The position numbers and the translations under genes were made by a program. A stretch of 64,000 nt of DNA, from assembly GCF_026210795.1 (NCBI RefSeq), contig NC_089429.1, positions 7,502,001-7,566,000 of the forward strand. Direction: 5' to 3'. Shown here in pieces: positions 10,247 to 24,779 of the stretch (its first letter is position 1; each line of letters starts with the position of its first letter). Below the pieces are notes generated by a model. The model saw nothing but the letters and a program-made list of their open reading frames with translations, made no database searches and was not told the origin of the DNA. The stretch is from Rhizophagus irregularis (taxonomy: Eukaryota).

Positions 10247-11489
10247 AATTTATTATCTGGTTTCAACCTTTTTTTAGGTATTTGTATTTAAGAGAAGAAT
10301 CTTTTGTAGACAGGAAAATTGCTGGTTCCTGAGAGTTTGTAGGTATTATAGTGACTTCGTTGACAGCAACTTTGTTAAATAATTTTTTAATGTCTAGCGT
10401 TTATCAGTTGTAGTCAATTTATAAATAACGATTTCCAAATCTGTAAAATGATATCTTATCGACGACGAGTTTCTATATCCGTAAATGAAATCAAAGAAAT
10501 ACCCCAGCCATCTATCTGGCACAACATAATCATCAGCAATATCCCCAATAAATTTTCTATCCGATTTTTTTACTGAGCCACATCACACAACAGGTTTGTG
10601 TGACATTAATTTATAATCGAAAAGAAAATATTCACCACTACCTCTATTTTTTCCCGTGAAAAAAGTCTACATGCAACACAGGACCTCCATAAATGTTAAT
10701 ACTGACGACAAAAGCATATGTTATGAAAGGCTGAGGACTTTGGAATTTCGAGATCGCCAGGCGTAAAACCAGCTTTATGTCTTGCAGGGTAGATCGTTAT
10801 TCGAGTGAGCGAAAAAATATTTTTGCCTTTAACATCATCTTTAAAACGAAAATGGAGGATAATGCTATTTGCCATTTCCTAAATACATGAACCTATAGTG
10901 AGAAAAAACACTTCACCCGCTCCCATACATACAGTACATAATTTAGGGCATATACATACCTTATTTTGCGTTATTTTCTCTGGGAAAGTTTTTTGCGGAA
11001 AGTTGGCTGAAACTTCCACATACCCCTACATGCTTTATACCTTGCTGGGAAAAAGTTAAGGAGGTATGAAGCATAATTAGTATTGTCGTCTGATGCCAAG
11101 AGTTCCATGAAAGCACATGCAAATAGAATCATGATCTTGTAACTGGCGGGCATGTTACTTACAAGAATTTTCATCTCTACAGGAATGATTTTGGTAAAGA
11201 TGTAAGAGAACATATGAAACCGGAAGCTGAGATTGGGAAATATTTCCCTGAGTTCCCAAAGGATCCTCCAAAGAATTAGTATTTTTTTTTATTTCTAGTC
11301 GCAATTTTATGTATTGTAGCCGGCTTCCGGCAACGATTTATTTCATAAATAAAGAATATTATTTTATCGAATGTACTGTACACGAGAGAGCGGGTCACGT
11401 GTAATGATGCGGTCCATGCAATATATTTTTATCCGAACAAAATCTAGCCTATATAAAAAACGTAGCACTATATCAGGTGATAAGTGAGA

Positions 11490-12243
11490 TGACTCCTCAT
11501 CACCATCACAACGATTCAGAATTATATTCTATGCTAGAAGAAATTCGAATGCCAACAACGTAATTCAGAATTCTTACTTCAACAGCTACTTTGCTCAACA
11601 CTACACATATTGTAGGTTTTAGAGAAACCTCTCAGCAAATCAACAGAATGATATGTAATCTGCTTCCGTCCCTGAAAATAAATTCCTGATCTCACAGGCT
11701 AGAGATATTGTCAATTCTGTACAATGGGGTCCATCTTCTTCAGAAACTATGTTTAAGCCTAAGACGATTCTCCCCTTTCCATTCATCTTCAACCAGGTGC
11801 TTGTGTGATGTATCTCAACAATTCTCCACGGCATTTGCAATGGTACAATAGGTATGGTTACTGATGTAAACTCTTTAGAAGAGTATGCTAGAATCACTTT
11901 TCCTGTTAGGGCTCCTATTATCAACATTGACATTTATAAGCAAACCCATTATTTTAAGATCAATGGAAACAATTGCAATCATATGCAGTTTCCCTCACAA
12001 AATTGTTTCACCCTTACCGTTCACAAAACTCAGGGTTTGACCTTACCAAGGGTATGCTTAGCATTGGATGGGAACATCTTTTCACCTGGTCAAGCTTATG
12101 TTGCTCTTAGTAGATGTTCTTCCTGGGATAATATAGAAACATCTCACCTTGATAGATCAGCTTTCATGGTTGATCAGGATGTTATCTTGGAGTATCAAAG
12201 GTTGACTGACATTTCTAATACAAATCCTCACCTCTTTTCGTGA
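11490..12243 (+). pseudogene. C-terminal fragment of a PIF1-family helicase (probably TE-derived, e.g. Helitron/Helentron)
   Basis: QFP...TVHKTQGLTL (motif V) and FSPGQAYVALSR (motif VI). The upstream part is frameshifted and there is no Walker A region. Confidence 0.85.
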
Positions 12244-12749
12244 TTATTATAAGATGCTATCCCGATTTTAAAAATAAAATGTTCTTTTATTTAAACTGAT
12301 TATTTCATCTATTTATACCAAAAAAATTTAATTACGCATTTTATTAATTATTTAGAACCCTAAGATTACATAGTTTTAATAATTTTATAAAATACTTAGA
12401 GTTACCGATAATAAATTAAGAATAACTCTATAACTAACTGATCTATCTAAATGATGAAAATTTAAATTCTAATTGTGAATCTAAATTATTGTTCGTTGAT
12501 CGATCTAAAAACTATTTTATAATTTTGCTAATATTTCTCATCTGTTTTTGTATTATTTTTATCTTTAAATTGTGAACACAATAAACTAACTACATAAATC
12601 ATTAAATTATTTAAAAAAAATTGCAAAATCGAGAAATTAATATATTAAAAAATATCTTATTAAATTTACCGATCATGTTACATATTTATTTTACGATCTA
12701 CCTATCTCTATTATAATTATGTAAGATTATCTTCACGTGCTGAATTATT

Positions 12750-15700
12750 AGCCAATAACAGAGCACAAAGCTTTCACGAATCTCAAGATGTCAAATTGAC
12801 TTTGACAAAAAAGATCGATGGAGTTACAGTTGAATAATGCATTTAAAGACCAGGATATACAGAGCATTATAGATACACAGCGGATACGATGAGGTAGTCA
12901 ATAAAACCCAAAAACATATCGATACATGGAACATCATAATGGATACAATCATGACAATTATTTATAAGTTAGTGAATCTATGGAATAAGTGGCAACGAAA
13001 TTCAAATGCCGAATTGTTTAGCAATGAAGATAAGAAAGATCAATGGTTTGGCCGCGTTAATAAATATAATAACGACTACAAAAATTCATCTAAGTGACAC
13101 ACAAGAGTTGGGTTCATTAAGCTAAAAAGCAAAATACGAGCTAGACAAAAATTGGAGTTGCGTATTTTTGCGCGAGGGAAAGATAAACCGATTCGAGATG
13201 CGATGCGCTGAAATTCGAACTAATCAAACCAAGTGGCTCGATAATGTATTAGACAAACGGAAACCTCCCATCATTATAGATAAAGCACGTATTGTTAATG
13301 AGAACGATCCTACCATCATTACTCACCCTAAGCTGATAGTTTCCCAATTCCACGAAAACCAATTTAAAGCCCGTAACACGGATCTAGACAATTTGTCCGA
13401 ATTTTGGCAAGAAATATGTAAACCAAAGGATAAATATGCGGGAGGCATGGAGACACTCAATTAGCCGATTACGTTCGAAAAATGGATGCATATTTATGTC
13501 AATTTAAGTCTGGCTCTGCAGCAGGACCATCGGGAATGACAATTTCCGAATGAGGGGTACCTAATATTAATACAATTTTTTAATTATTCTCTTAAGCAAG
13601 GTTTTACCTTCAATTTGGTCAACGTCTTTAATAATACCAATACCGTTGCACTTTTGGATTGTTTTAGGAAAGCGGTCACCAAGCTTATAACCAACGGACT
13701 TAGTTCAATTATTTCATCCAATAATATATTAAAGGGCTGAACTTCTGCGGTTTAAAGGAAGAGGGCACCAGCGCACCACTATCCATCCTCACAAATATCA
13801 TAGAAGATTCCCAAGTAGTGTTGTCGGTAACATCATGAGGCCATCGATATATTATACCCTCGAACTGTTTTGAGTTGAAAGTGGTAAAAATAGAGGATAA
13901 AGGATCTTCCATAACAACGGAGAGATGGCGTCTCCCTGATCTATGCCGTCCTTAGCAACAAAATTGATGTAGTAAGTGAGGGCGCTCAATTTTCGATGTA
14001 GGAAGAGATTAATAATCCATTTAATGATTAGCCTATATGGATGACACATGCTTTATAGAGAAAAAGTACAAAACAATATAGATCTAGCTAATGAATTTTA
14101 TAGAATGCACGATATCCACATCAACGGCTCGAAGTTAGAACTGATTGTCTTGAACCCGAGTAATTTATAGAGGAACAGTATGTAAATGTGACAAATCAAA
14201 ATCGAAGCCACAAACTCGGAGATCAGATATTTGGGATAAACAAACGATCACGGGCGAAGCAACTACTAGACTTAAGGATGTCGTCAACTCATTCATTGGA
14301 AAATTCGTCACACCTTATATATTTAACTAATAAAGTCTTAATTCCAAGACTGATTTATATAGGTCAATATTTTACGTTATCGGAGCACGATTGGAACAAT
14401 ATTTTTCTCCAGTCATCAAAGACCTTCCTTCTTCTTTTCACATAACGCTCTCATGCGTGAAGGTACGATAGGATTACCATCACCCATGGGCACAACTCCA
14501 CTCAACAGATAGCCGAATTTGCACATAGAATTAATAATCCCTCCTTGGCTCAACGGATCAGATTGAGATCCGCACAATTGAAAGCTCTCATTACACTCCC
14601 ATCTTTGATATTGCTCTATCTGACGTTCCGAATCTCAGATATTTTTCCGTTCATAATGTCAACTTGCATATACTTTTGGCGGCTCGTACTATGAATATTT
14701 CATTCTAAACTGGCAGATTTGATCGAGGTCATTGGTCGATCAAAGGAGGGCTAACTTCTCTTTACCAATTATTTCAATAATATAATACTAGAAAACTTAT
14801 GTTCCGCATTAAGCGTTTCTCATCTTATTCATTGGTAACAATACAGACATCTGACGAGATTATCTTCTAAGCACACTCTCGATTATTTTTAGTTTAGATG
14901 ACCAAATATAGTTTAGACTTTTATCACATTATATATGTATTTTTGACATCATTATTGGTAATATAATAATATAATGCATTTAATGATAAAAAAGGAAAAA
15001 AAAAAATAGTTAAATTATTACCAGAATAGCAGGTACTCCGAAATCACCAAGAACGTCGAGTCAAATCTTCATTAGATACATTGTCATCGAATCTCTTGAT
15101 TAAAATGAACGGTTTACTTCTTTTGTCTTTCGGTATATCTTAAAGTTCCTTTTGACGTATACACATATCATGAACTTATCGCGGTGTCAATCACACAATC
15201 ATAGCTTCATAGAAAACCCTGTAAAAAATCTGATCCGTGTTTTATCTTTCCATGTTTTTTCCGTGAATGTATCATTTTCATGGAATTTATAGCCTTAAAT
15301 CATGGAAATTTTCATCTCGCTAACACGGATATCCGTGAATGTATCATTTTCACGGAATTTTTACGGAAGACACGGAGAAATAATGGAAATATTCGGATAA
15401 AAATTTTTTATAGGGAAATAATTATCTGCCCACATGTAGACTGGATCAAACTAAGTTACTTTCTAGTTACTTCCTATAATCAAATCATCTGAGGGCAAAA
15501 TATTATTACATGACGATTGGGTTCTTCTCTTTAATCTTACCAGTAAAGAGTCAAGCAACGGCACCACCATTACATCGGGAATTAACCATAGCTCCAATCA
15601 CCAAAACAGACGTATGTGTATGGATAGAGGGATGTATTGAGAACCAAGAACTGAAACGTGAGCTTATAACAGTCCGCAATGAACTGAAACATAAATCGGC

Positions 15701-16420
15701 AGTAACATTCTATACCGATGGATCGTTAGTTTACAAACACATATCATCACAAACAACGGGATGTTGATTTAGATACACCAGTTGTCGATGGGGCCGCTTT
15801 CATTGTTCAGGACAGTTAATGCGAGCTTATCATTATGTCTCTTCAACCAGATCGGAACTAGTGACGATCTTTTTAGTTCTTCTATCGGCACTATGTGCTT
15901 CTAAAGTTACCATTCATACAGATAGTCAAGCTGCAATTCACCACTAATCATATTCAATATTTGTCTACAAGAACAAGTAGATGTTTTAGCTAAAGAAGCA
16001 GGGAATACGGAGGGTCATTTTAATAATAGTTTTAACTATAGCCACCCTAATATGCGTTACTTTTCCTCATTTTCAAAGATTCCCAATTGAACAGAAATTT
16101 AGAAAATTCGTGAAACCATTTTTCAGACTTATGTCGCGGCAGAACATTCATTACTTCTCGTTAGCGACAACATAGGCGGGACAAACATGGACATCATTGG
16201 TTGGGATATTACATGGTCGATTTTCAAACAAATCAAAGGCTTTAAATGTGACTCAATGACCAATCATAAGCTTTTTATATTTATTAATAAATTATTTTAT
16301 AACCTTCTCCCGACTGCGAATATACTTAAACGCAGAAACAATAATCTTTACACAGACCTGAATGTCCTTCATGCCAAGAGAATATTATTGAAGTCTCATA
16401 ACATCTTATGGATGGTCATT
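12750..16420 (+). mobile_element. Heavily decayed LINE (RT + RNase H + C-terminal domain)
   Basis: Fragments include SAAGPSG (~13515), NIIEDS (~13800), GIDQGDAISPLLW (inverted), LAYMDDT (14028-14048), RNase H FYTDGS (~15710), SSTRSEL and IHTDSQAAI (~15840-15940), and KLFYNLLPT...LKRR (~16300). Many stops and frameshifts. Confidence 0.85.
15217..15415. mobile_element. ~200-bp MITE inserted in the LINE fossil
   Basis: Ends CCCTGTAAAAAAT / ATTTTTTATAGGG flanked by AA; internal TCCGTG/CACGGA repeats. Confidence 0.55.
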
Positions 16421-16887
16421 CATACTCGGGTCAGAGACAAGAATTACACCGACGATTGCACGATTTGGCTATCAGCTATAAAGTTATTACAACAGCAGAA
16501 TCTGCATTCGTTTCCGTACAGTACAGTTTAACTTTTCGTACAGTACAGTTTATCTATCTACCTTGCATTAACATGCATCGTAAATCAAAATAAGAAAATT
16601 CATTACTTTAGATATTATGACTGAAACATTATTTTGACGGAAAGTTATACTTCGATAATATCACGAAAAATATTTCACATGTTTGAGTTTTATTGGAGTA
16701 AAGACTAGAAAAATGATTATTTATCACCTTATTTAATAATTATATATCAGAATAACAAAAATTTATAAAAAATATTCCTTTATTTATAATATAACTATAA
16801 AAAAAAATAATAAAAAAATACACTGTAAATTGTAATAATTTATCTATTGAAATACAGGTGTATGATAGTTAAACATTACTTTGCAAC

Positions 16888-18127
16888 TTAAATATTTCGC
16901 TTTCTCGACTCTCGAGGTTCCCAAGCATTATTTCGTAAGTCTATAACATTCTAAAAAAAAAAATCAAATATTTATTAGCAATATAATATATTAAATATAA
17001 TACAAAATTATTCAACAAAATTTACCATTAACAAAAATTTAATGCGGATTGACAAATTCGGAGATGTTGATAGCTCCTCCATTTGTTCAAAGTATGATTC
17101 CATTTTTTGATCACGTTTGTTTGATTCGATATGATGATCAAGTTGTTTTCCTACTATATTCATTAATCTACATAAACTTTCCATTTCTACTTCCTCAGGT
17201 AATTCTAAGAATTTCTCAATACATTCATATATATCTCTCTTTGCAATAATTTTTGATTTAAATAATTCGCCAATGAAACTAATTAAACCAAGACCTTGCC
17301 GCCTAATCTTTGCAGCCGCATAATATTCATATGACATCAGATCCGGTTCCCCTTTTTTATTGAGGGGAAATTCAATGTTAACCTTCCAGGAACCATTCTT
17401 AAAATCATTTTCACAGCGACCAATAAGATACTTTTTAAATAATCTACCGCCTTTAGGAAACTCATTCCCGAATTTTTTTAAGGAAATTATTTTAGGATCG
17501 ACTCTTTCTATCATCCTACAGCAAAGCTTAGCATAGTATATTGCACAGAAATTCGATTCATCAAGGGATTCAAATATAAGTTGAACTATTTCCCTAAACA
17601 TATATCCATCTCTTCTATTGTTAGCATAGTAAATAATTTGATTTGATATAGAATCAAAGTTTTTTAACGTCAATTTATTTAATAACGCTTTGATTTTACA
17701 TTGTGCTATGCGAAAAGGGATGAAAAATTCAATTTGTCTAGGTATATTTAGAACTTGAAGCATTTGATGTACATCTTGGATTATAGGTTCACTGGGTGGA
17801 TGAGGATCTGCTATAGATGATATTACTGGAGTTAGTAATTGTGTACTTCTAAATAAGATCGATCAAGTACGAATTAAGTCCAAAAATACCTGAAGTAGAG
17901 TCTCTCATTAACGTAGTAGTAAATCTTTCTTCAAATTGGTCTTTTTGAAGTTGATTTGAACTAATTTCTTTATTAAGGATTAATTCAATATTTGGTCTAC
18001 TATTGTGAACACGTAATGTTTTTATATTTGAACCAACTTTGACGGTAATATTTTTATAGAGTTCTTCGTTTTTTAAAATGTCGATTAAGTTTTGTAATAA
18101 GTCTGACAAGAGACTTTTATCTGTCAT
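16888..18127 (-). CDS. 361-aa protein: BTB-like N-terminal stub plus eIF4G-type MIF4G (HEAT) domain
   Basis: Exons 18127-17890, 17810-17026 and 16950-16888 with GT-AG introns (TACTAAC branch point in intron 1) give one open frame. Motifs KIKALLNKLT..NFD, YAKLC, RRQGLGLISFIGELFK, ESLCRLMNIVGKQLD and RIKFLLM-NVIDLRNNAWEPR are characteristic of the eIF4G middle domain. Confidence 0.88.
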
Positions 18128-21100
18128 TTTTTTTAATGAAAATGAACGGAAGGAAAGACCCTATAAATATTATTTTTCTGTAATAAGTGCAACGTTTAGT
18201 TTGTTACTTTTTTAGATCAAAAATGGTTATCTTTTGTACCCTTCGTATAGGAATAAATCATGTATATCTTTTCATTTTGAAACATTGACTAAAGTTATTA
18301 TAATGACAACCTTAAAAATGTTTTTTTTCGGCCGTATCTATTACAATATACATTATTTTGCAGAAGTTTATTACTTTATTATACCCGCCATTCAATGTTT
18401 CAGATATTTATGATGCACGTCAGTGTGCATCAAATAGATGAGTCAATTAATTTAAATAAAATAAATAAAATTATGAATTATGATGTTCCCCTCATTATTT
18501 AACGAATAAAGGTTTATACAATCATAATTAAAAAATGCGAATTGGCGTTACGGAAAAGTCTCGTTTTTTTTCGTACAATTTTAGGTTAAGGGGGAATAAA
18601 CATAGTTGCTATATTTGTAATCAAGCGGCACTCAGTCTAATTAATTATACAATATCTGATATAATTAGAGTCGAATCAAACTTTATGCGACTTCGATTTT
18701 TATTGGTCAATTGGATCAACAAAGATGGGACTGCGGGCTGTGCCAAGCAAATAGTAGTACAAATATGAGTTTAATAATTGTATCTAATTATGGCACTTTT
18801 TTCATACATTCTTTTGGGATTATAATATGCATTATAATATAACTTTCTTTAACCACAACTTGTATCATCATTTATCAAAAATATACTATCAAAATAATAG
18901 AAAAAAATTTTTAATTTCTTTTTTTAAATCTATAATACAAATAAATAATGTATAATACCTCGTTTATTTTATGCATACACCATAAATTATTTGTTCTACG
19001 TACTCTTAAGTCCGAGTTTCAATAATAACAGAGAATATTCTTATTGTTCTTAAAAAATTTATTCTCTATTATATGAACCATTGAAACAAGTATCATCAAT
19101 GATTTGTTACTATTATACAATTTTATTCTCTTAATTTTTATGTAACATATTCTTTCATCGCCTCCATATTTAGTTCTATAAAAATCAAGGATTGAATGAT
19201 TTTTTGTTTCGCATATTATTTTCTCTAACTCAAAATGTATAATTCACAATCGGAGAAGTCGGAGAAAAGAGTTATTAAATGTTATAACGTACTTGATTAT
19301 GATTAAGTCACTTTATTTTAGTTATTTCACAGAATTTTTACAGAAAGTATTATAGCAATTTACTATATCAAATCAATTTACATCTTACATTGATTTTTTT
19401 TCATGAATTAATTTGTTACCCATTGATACAGAAAAAATATATGCCTTATCAAATCATAAGATGGTATTGAGCACGTTCAGAATTTTTGTACTCATGATGG
19501 TCGAATAATTTCTACCGAGTTCCGAATATTTATGAAACTAATACCCTGTCTCGGCCGTAATTAGATATTATCTTGCGTCACGTTTCATTTATCAAAATAG
19601 AAAAGGGAGTTCGATTAAAAAAAAAAAAATATGTTTTTTTAACCATATATATGCTTGTAGGCTTGCAAAAGAAACTTTATTGTCAATAATTAATGTATCA
19701 AATCGCTTACATATTTGTTTCAAATACGTGATAAATAAATTTTAAAAAATTTCGTTCAATTGTTGGACTTTGACACATTAATTTGGTATTTTAACAAAGG
19801 CAATTAATATTTTCTTACAACATGAGTTTTAAATCTTAATAACAATTTTAGATACGGTACAATTGTGGGACATTCATTTTATTGATTGAAATCAATAAAC
19901 CTTAATTTGCGTATTAAGATCCTTATAATAATCAATTACTGTAAAAGATACATATTCGCTTAGTTTAATTTAAAATTAAAAATGAAAACTTTTTACGTTT
20001 TTAAAAGAGATATAAACATGATAAACTTTATTCAATAAAATTATAAATGGAAACAAAATATGTGTAATATCCGTTCATATCCGATAAACAACAAATGCCC
20101 ATTGTGTCCTAATTAAAACATGAAGAGGTTTGAGAAATTATTATGTACTACATGTCATTACAATATTACAGCAATAAAAATGTAAAACTATTGTTCCTTT
20201 TACAACATTACTATTGTTTTTTTTTAAACTTCATTAAAAAAGTTAAAAGTTTGTTGAATCAAATTTAGGAAATTATTTACTGATCCCGGTTAAAATTTAG
20301 TTATAAGCTTAACAAATAAATGTCAAATGATCAACTGCAAACATAGAGGTTGTAGTGAACTAGTGATTGCATAATAATTACCATACTCTCGTTAATTGTA
20401 CGTGATATATTTACCCAAGCGACTCCGAGACCGGTTTCATATCAAACCGGTTCGAATGCCAGTCCGTAATTTACTAAAAAAGGAATTATTAAAGAGATTA
20501 TAAACTTGTTTAGACTCGGAGATCGACTAATGCAATAACCGCATATGACTATGTGTAATCTATCGATTTCCCTAAAAAAATTCTTTCTTGCGAAAGATAT
20601 TTTTGCATTTATTCAATAATTTTTTATGTTTAAAGAGCTATAACTTTACTACCTTTTTTATCAACACTATTACAAGCAAGCTAGTATTCCTGCTTTCCAC
20701 TTAGAAATTTCGCAACTATACGGAGAGGCGGGAGAGCTTCGTCCGTTCACGTGCTTAAGAGATTCAGACATCTCTACAAATAATAAGAGTTTTTATTTCA
20801 TTTTACTTTTACCAGTATTTACAAGTGGCGCTTCCTCGGAAGTGAAAGAAAATATGGGGAGGACATTCAAAATTGAAGAGAATGTCCGTCACCCGTTGTC
20901 CAACTGGCGCTTCTTTGTCTTCTATTTTTAACAAAATACAAAAAAAAAGAACCCTTATACTTATAGGAACAATAGAGAGGCGACTCTGGTTACTTACCAT
21001 GGAATTATATATTATACACAACTTACTACTGATTGTCTTGATAAAGTCCTTTATAATTACATTATAATCAAAAAAGAAAGAAACAACAATTTATCGATTC

Positions 21101-21240
21101 AATTTCTTTTTTTTTTTTTATAATATTTTGGATATATTACTTTTGATTTTAGATAATAATATTATACAAAGACAATTTTCCTGTAGAATTATTGATATTT
21201 GAAGATTTTATTCTTAGAGCCTCATCCATTCACCTATGGG

Positions 21241-21379
21241 CAGTGATGTTGGAAACCATATTTGGACTTCCAAATCTTCCAATTCCAATCTTACTTCAAC
21301 ATTGAGAATTATTGAAGGATTGGAATTGGAAGGAAGAAATTGGAAGTCCAATTTCATTGGAAACTTCTGAACATCACTG
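21241..21379. mobile_element. 139-bp hAT MITE
   Basis: TIR CAGTGATGTT/AACATCACTG; TSD CCTATGGG/CCTATAGG (7/8 match); internal TTCCAA/TTGGAA repeats. Confidence 0.8.
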
Positions 21380-21746
21380 CCTATAGGTCGCGGAGATGGG
21401 GCTTCGTAGAGTCAAATATCTTTGTCTTCACATATAGAATTAAGATAAATAATCAATCTGTAATAAATTTTGCTTATGTGAGGTAATTAAAGATTTGGGA
21501 GCGGTTTAATACATATATGTACATTTACTTTCAATATGTATTTCTTTTATTTCTTTTATTTCTTTTATAAATAGTATTACTGAAATCGACAATGATTTTT
21601 ATAATGTATTTGATAATAATAATAAAGGAACGAAATAATTAAGTTTTTTTTTTTATTTACAAAATCCGAACATTGATATTTTATAATAATTTTTTTTTAA
21701 AAAAAAATATGCGTTGCGTTGAATTAAAAGTATTCGATGTTGATAA

Positions 21747-21950
21747 TAGTGCTTCGATCCGTTGATTAGCATCACAACATTTTTCTATTGTTTTTGTCAA
21801 ACTATAATTTTTGTCAGATTTAAAAAAATTATTCTTTTACAAATTTTATTAATTTTGGCCAAACTTATAGCTCCAACTCAAATAAACCGTTGCCAAACCG
21901 TAGTAAACCGCGGATTGATCCGTTAAAATCCCATCCGGATCGAAGCACTA
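21747..21950. mobile_element. 204-bp hAT MITE
   Basis: Perfect 15-bp TIR TAGTGCTTCGATCCG/CGGATCGAAGCACTA; degenerate 8-bp TSD GTTGATAA/GTTGACAG. Confidence 0.8.
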
Positions 21951-22269
21951 GTTGACAGATCACGAAATTTTAAAAATGTTATCCATGGGTACTATTGGAA
22001 ATTTTTGCACTATTTCATTATTTTTCTCGGAAAAAATATTTTTCGTTATTATGCTATTATACAAATGTTCGTACCTTCGATTGACATGTGACTAAATATG
22101 AGACTTTATAGATATAATTCAATTAAAATAATAAAACTGATCAGTTAGTTAGTTCATTTGGACGTATAGATATTCCCTGTTAATAATAAATCATGAATAT
22201 AAATAAGTAAATTTAAAAATTTTTTATTATCCAATAAACCTTATTTTTATTAACAAAGATTTTTTTTTT

Positions 22270-24000
22270 TTTTTGGCAACGGTGGCCACAGCAGAATTGT
22301 ACATACAGAATTATTGAAACGTATTGGTATGCTAATACATGAATTACATTTTTTTTTTAACTCATCATTTCAAAAGTATTATGTGAATGTGAATTCAATT
22401 AATTCTTTGTTATCTATGCTAAAGACCAACAATACTCCCACGACAGATTGTTAAAATATTTGTCCTTTATAGTTTCTCCGGCAACCATTCTAAAAATTCT
22501 TATTCATTAATCGAAAACAATATAAGTAATAAGATTTTGAAAATTTTAAAACACTATATTTCAACAAAATTAATACTAGATGCAAATAACTCCAATAATT
22601 ATAGCATTAAATAATCCATTCTTTAATGACTTTTCGATCATTTAATCTAATTTCAATGCACTTGGATCCCTTCTTTTAAAATTTGGATCATAATTAGATT
22701 AATACCCATGTATTCTACCTCGCGAATTTCGCATTATTCCCTGAACTTGCATGATTAAATCAATCATAAATAAAGAATTAATTTTAAATAAACACTAACC
22801 ACCTTCAGGGATAGTTCTAATCGAAAGATATGAAATACTAAATATCTTATTAATTTGAGTTGCCAATTAATCATGGTCAGTCAGTTGTCTATATATAAAA
22901 TCCCGCCGTAGCTTAATCTTTCACATCATGATCCTGACAATCGGTATAAATTAATCAGAAGATAGTGAACCTTGCATTAAGTAAGAGAAAGATATTAGAG
23001 TTAGAAGGAATTAAAGTAAGAGAATTAGGATAAATGATTAAAGTAAGGAACTGGGTAAAAGAAAATTGGGTTATGAAAGGGAATTGAAGTATAAGGGGAG
23101 TGGAAGAGCGTGCCTTTGGTTCTACGAGGATCTGACTTAAATTCTTAATTGGAAAGTTATATCTCGGTAACGAATTTTTTTTTTAACAAAAAAGTTTTCT
23201 TTTCTTCTAAGCTTTAATTAATCATAAAATGTAAGTGCTAGTGCTGTATTACCCACAATACTGATTCACTATTAATTTGAAATTACTGATTCTCTAACAT
23301 GATAAATAATATTAACGCATTAAAAGACAACATTTCTCCTTAATATTACTAGTGAAATAAATCATAAATAGTAAATCGAACTATATGTTTGAAAATACTA
23401 GCGTATATATTGCCATTACTCAAAGATACGCGTGATTTTTTCCCTCCTCACAAGAGCATGGAAAATACTAATCTCATATGCTCCAGTTTCCTATCCCTAT
23501 TTCTTTTGAAACATCACATGCTCTTTTATTTCAACTGGTCTATTTTAAATTCGGGACTGACTATCTCGTTTTTTCTATTCACATTTTAACGATTTGGCAG
23601 ATGACCTAAACTCTCCAAACTTGAGAGAATAATAGTCATACTTTTTTCGGGTTTCTTTCCATCATTTCTCTCGCTAATAACAGATCATTTTTTGTGATTT
23701 CCATTTTTTGTAAATACTCTAATTAACTTGCCCTATTTGGTTGGATAATGTTTAAGATTCTGAATGATTTGGAAGAGTTTGAAAATTCCAGAGCCAGTCC
23801 GTATTGGTCTTTCACCATCGGTGCCATATGTAGATACTGATAGATAATAGTGCGTTGGTGTCCTCCGACCAGAAAAATCTATAACTTTGCGGGATATAAG
23901 GTGCCACAATCGCGAAAGGAGGAGAAAGAATTACATGACTCGAACCAGGTGTCTTTATATAAGAAGGGCGTCTAATTTTATTGTTGTAATAAATGTTGTT
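22270..24000 (-). pseudogene. Decayed coding-like relic, possibly the ORF1/endonuclease part of a LINE
   Basis: Composition is coding-like with short broken frames on the minus strand. No decisive motif could be read. Confidence 0.25.
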
Positions 24001-24779
24001 CAGACGATTTCATCTCGTATTGAACGTGCTTCGCGTTTGCGATATTGTTTATTGTATCGGCGACGTTGATTTGCGGTTTTAACTTTTTATCTAGCTTTTT
24101 TTTTGAGCATCCGATAACGGTGGAATATAATTGATGATGAGGTTATAGGTTATTTGATGGATATTTATCGTCAGTTTTGTCGTCAGATGAGAAACGGACA
24201 CGTGTGATCCCGTTCCATCTTTCAATCTGTTGTATACTAATAAATTTTTTGTGTGAGATGTTAGGGTATCCTGATGGGCTTCGAACGAAAACGTCTCAAC
24301 GTCCAAACACTATATCTCAACTTCTTCAATAAGAAATTTAACGTTCCTTTCACATCACGTATAATGATATTCTTAATCGTTAAAACTTAAAATTATTAGC
24401 TTATAACAACCATAACAATCAATTAAATGCACACATATCTTGCCATACCTTCAATTTTCAAATGCTGCTTTTAGGAAACATTTAGACGATTTCAGCGAAG
24501 TAAAATCTGGATTTCTTCATCCCAATAAAGTGATCATAAGATCCTATACCGCCAAAGAAGATACAGTACGTATGAATAATATTCACAATAGGTTTTTACT
24601 AATAAATATCAACTCTTACGAGAATTCAGAAATTATATCATTGATAAATGACCGATCTAATCTTCAACTGGTATCATCCCATTATCATACCAAAGCATAA
24701 ATATCGGAAACTTAGATTTGTTTAAAATTTCAGGGGCAACAAATGGGACACCTCAACTAGTTTGTGCTAAAAGGTGATG

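Noticed and set aside
11295..11331. Possible Helitron 3' end (GCCGG hairpin + CTAG on minus)
   Set aside because: Hairpin-to-CTAG spacing is atypical, it is oriented opposite to and upstream of the PIF1 fragment, and no matching 5' end was found.
17849..17889. 41-nt first intron for the MIF4G gene
   Set aside because: It gives an early stop. The TACTAAC branch point and the TAG at 17811 give a 79-nt intron with an open frame.
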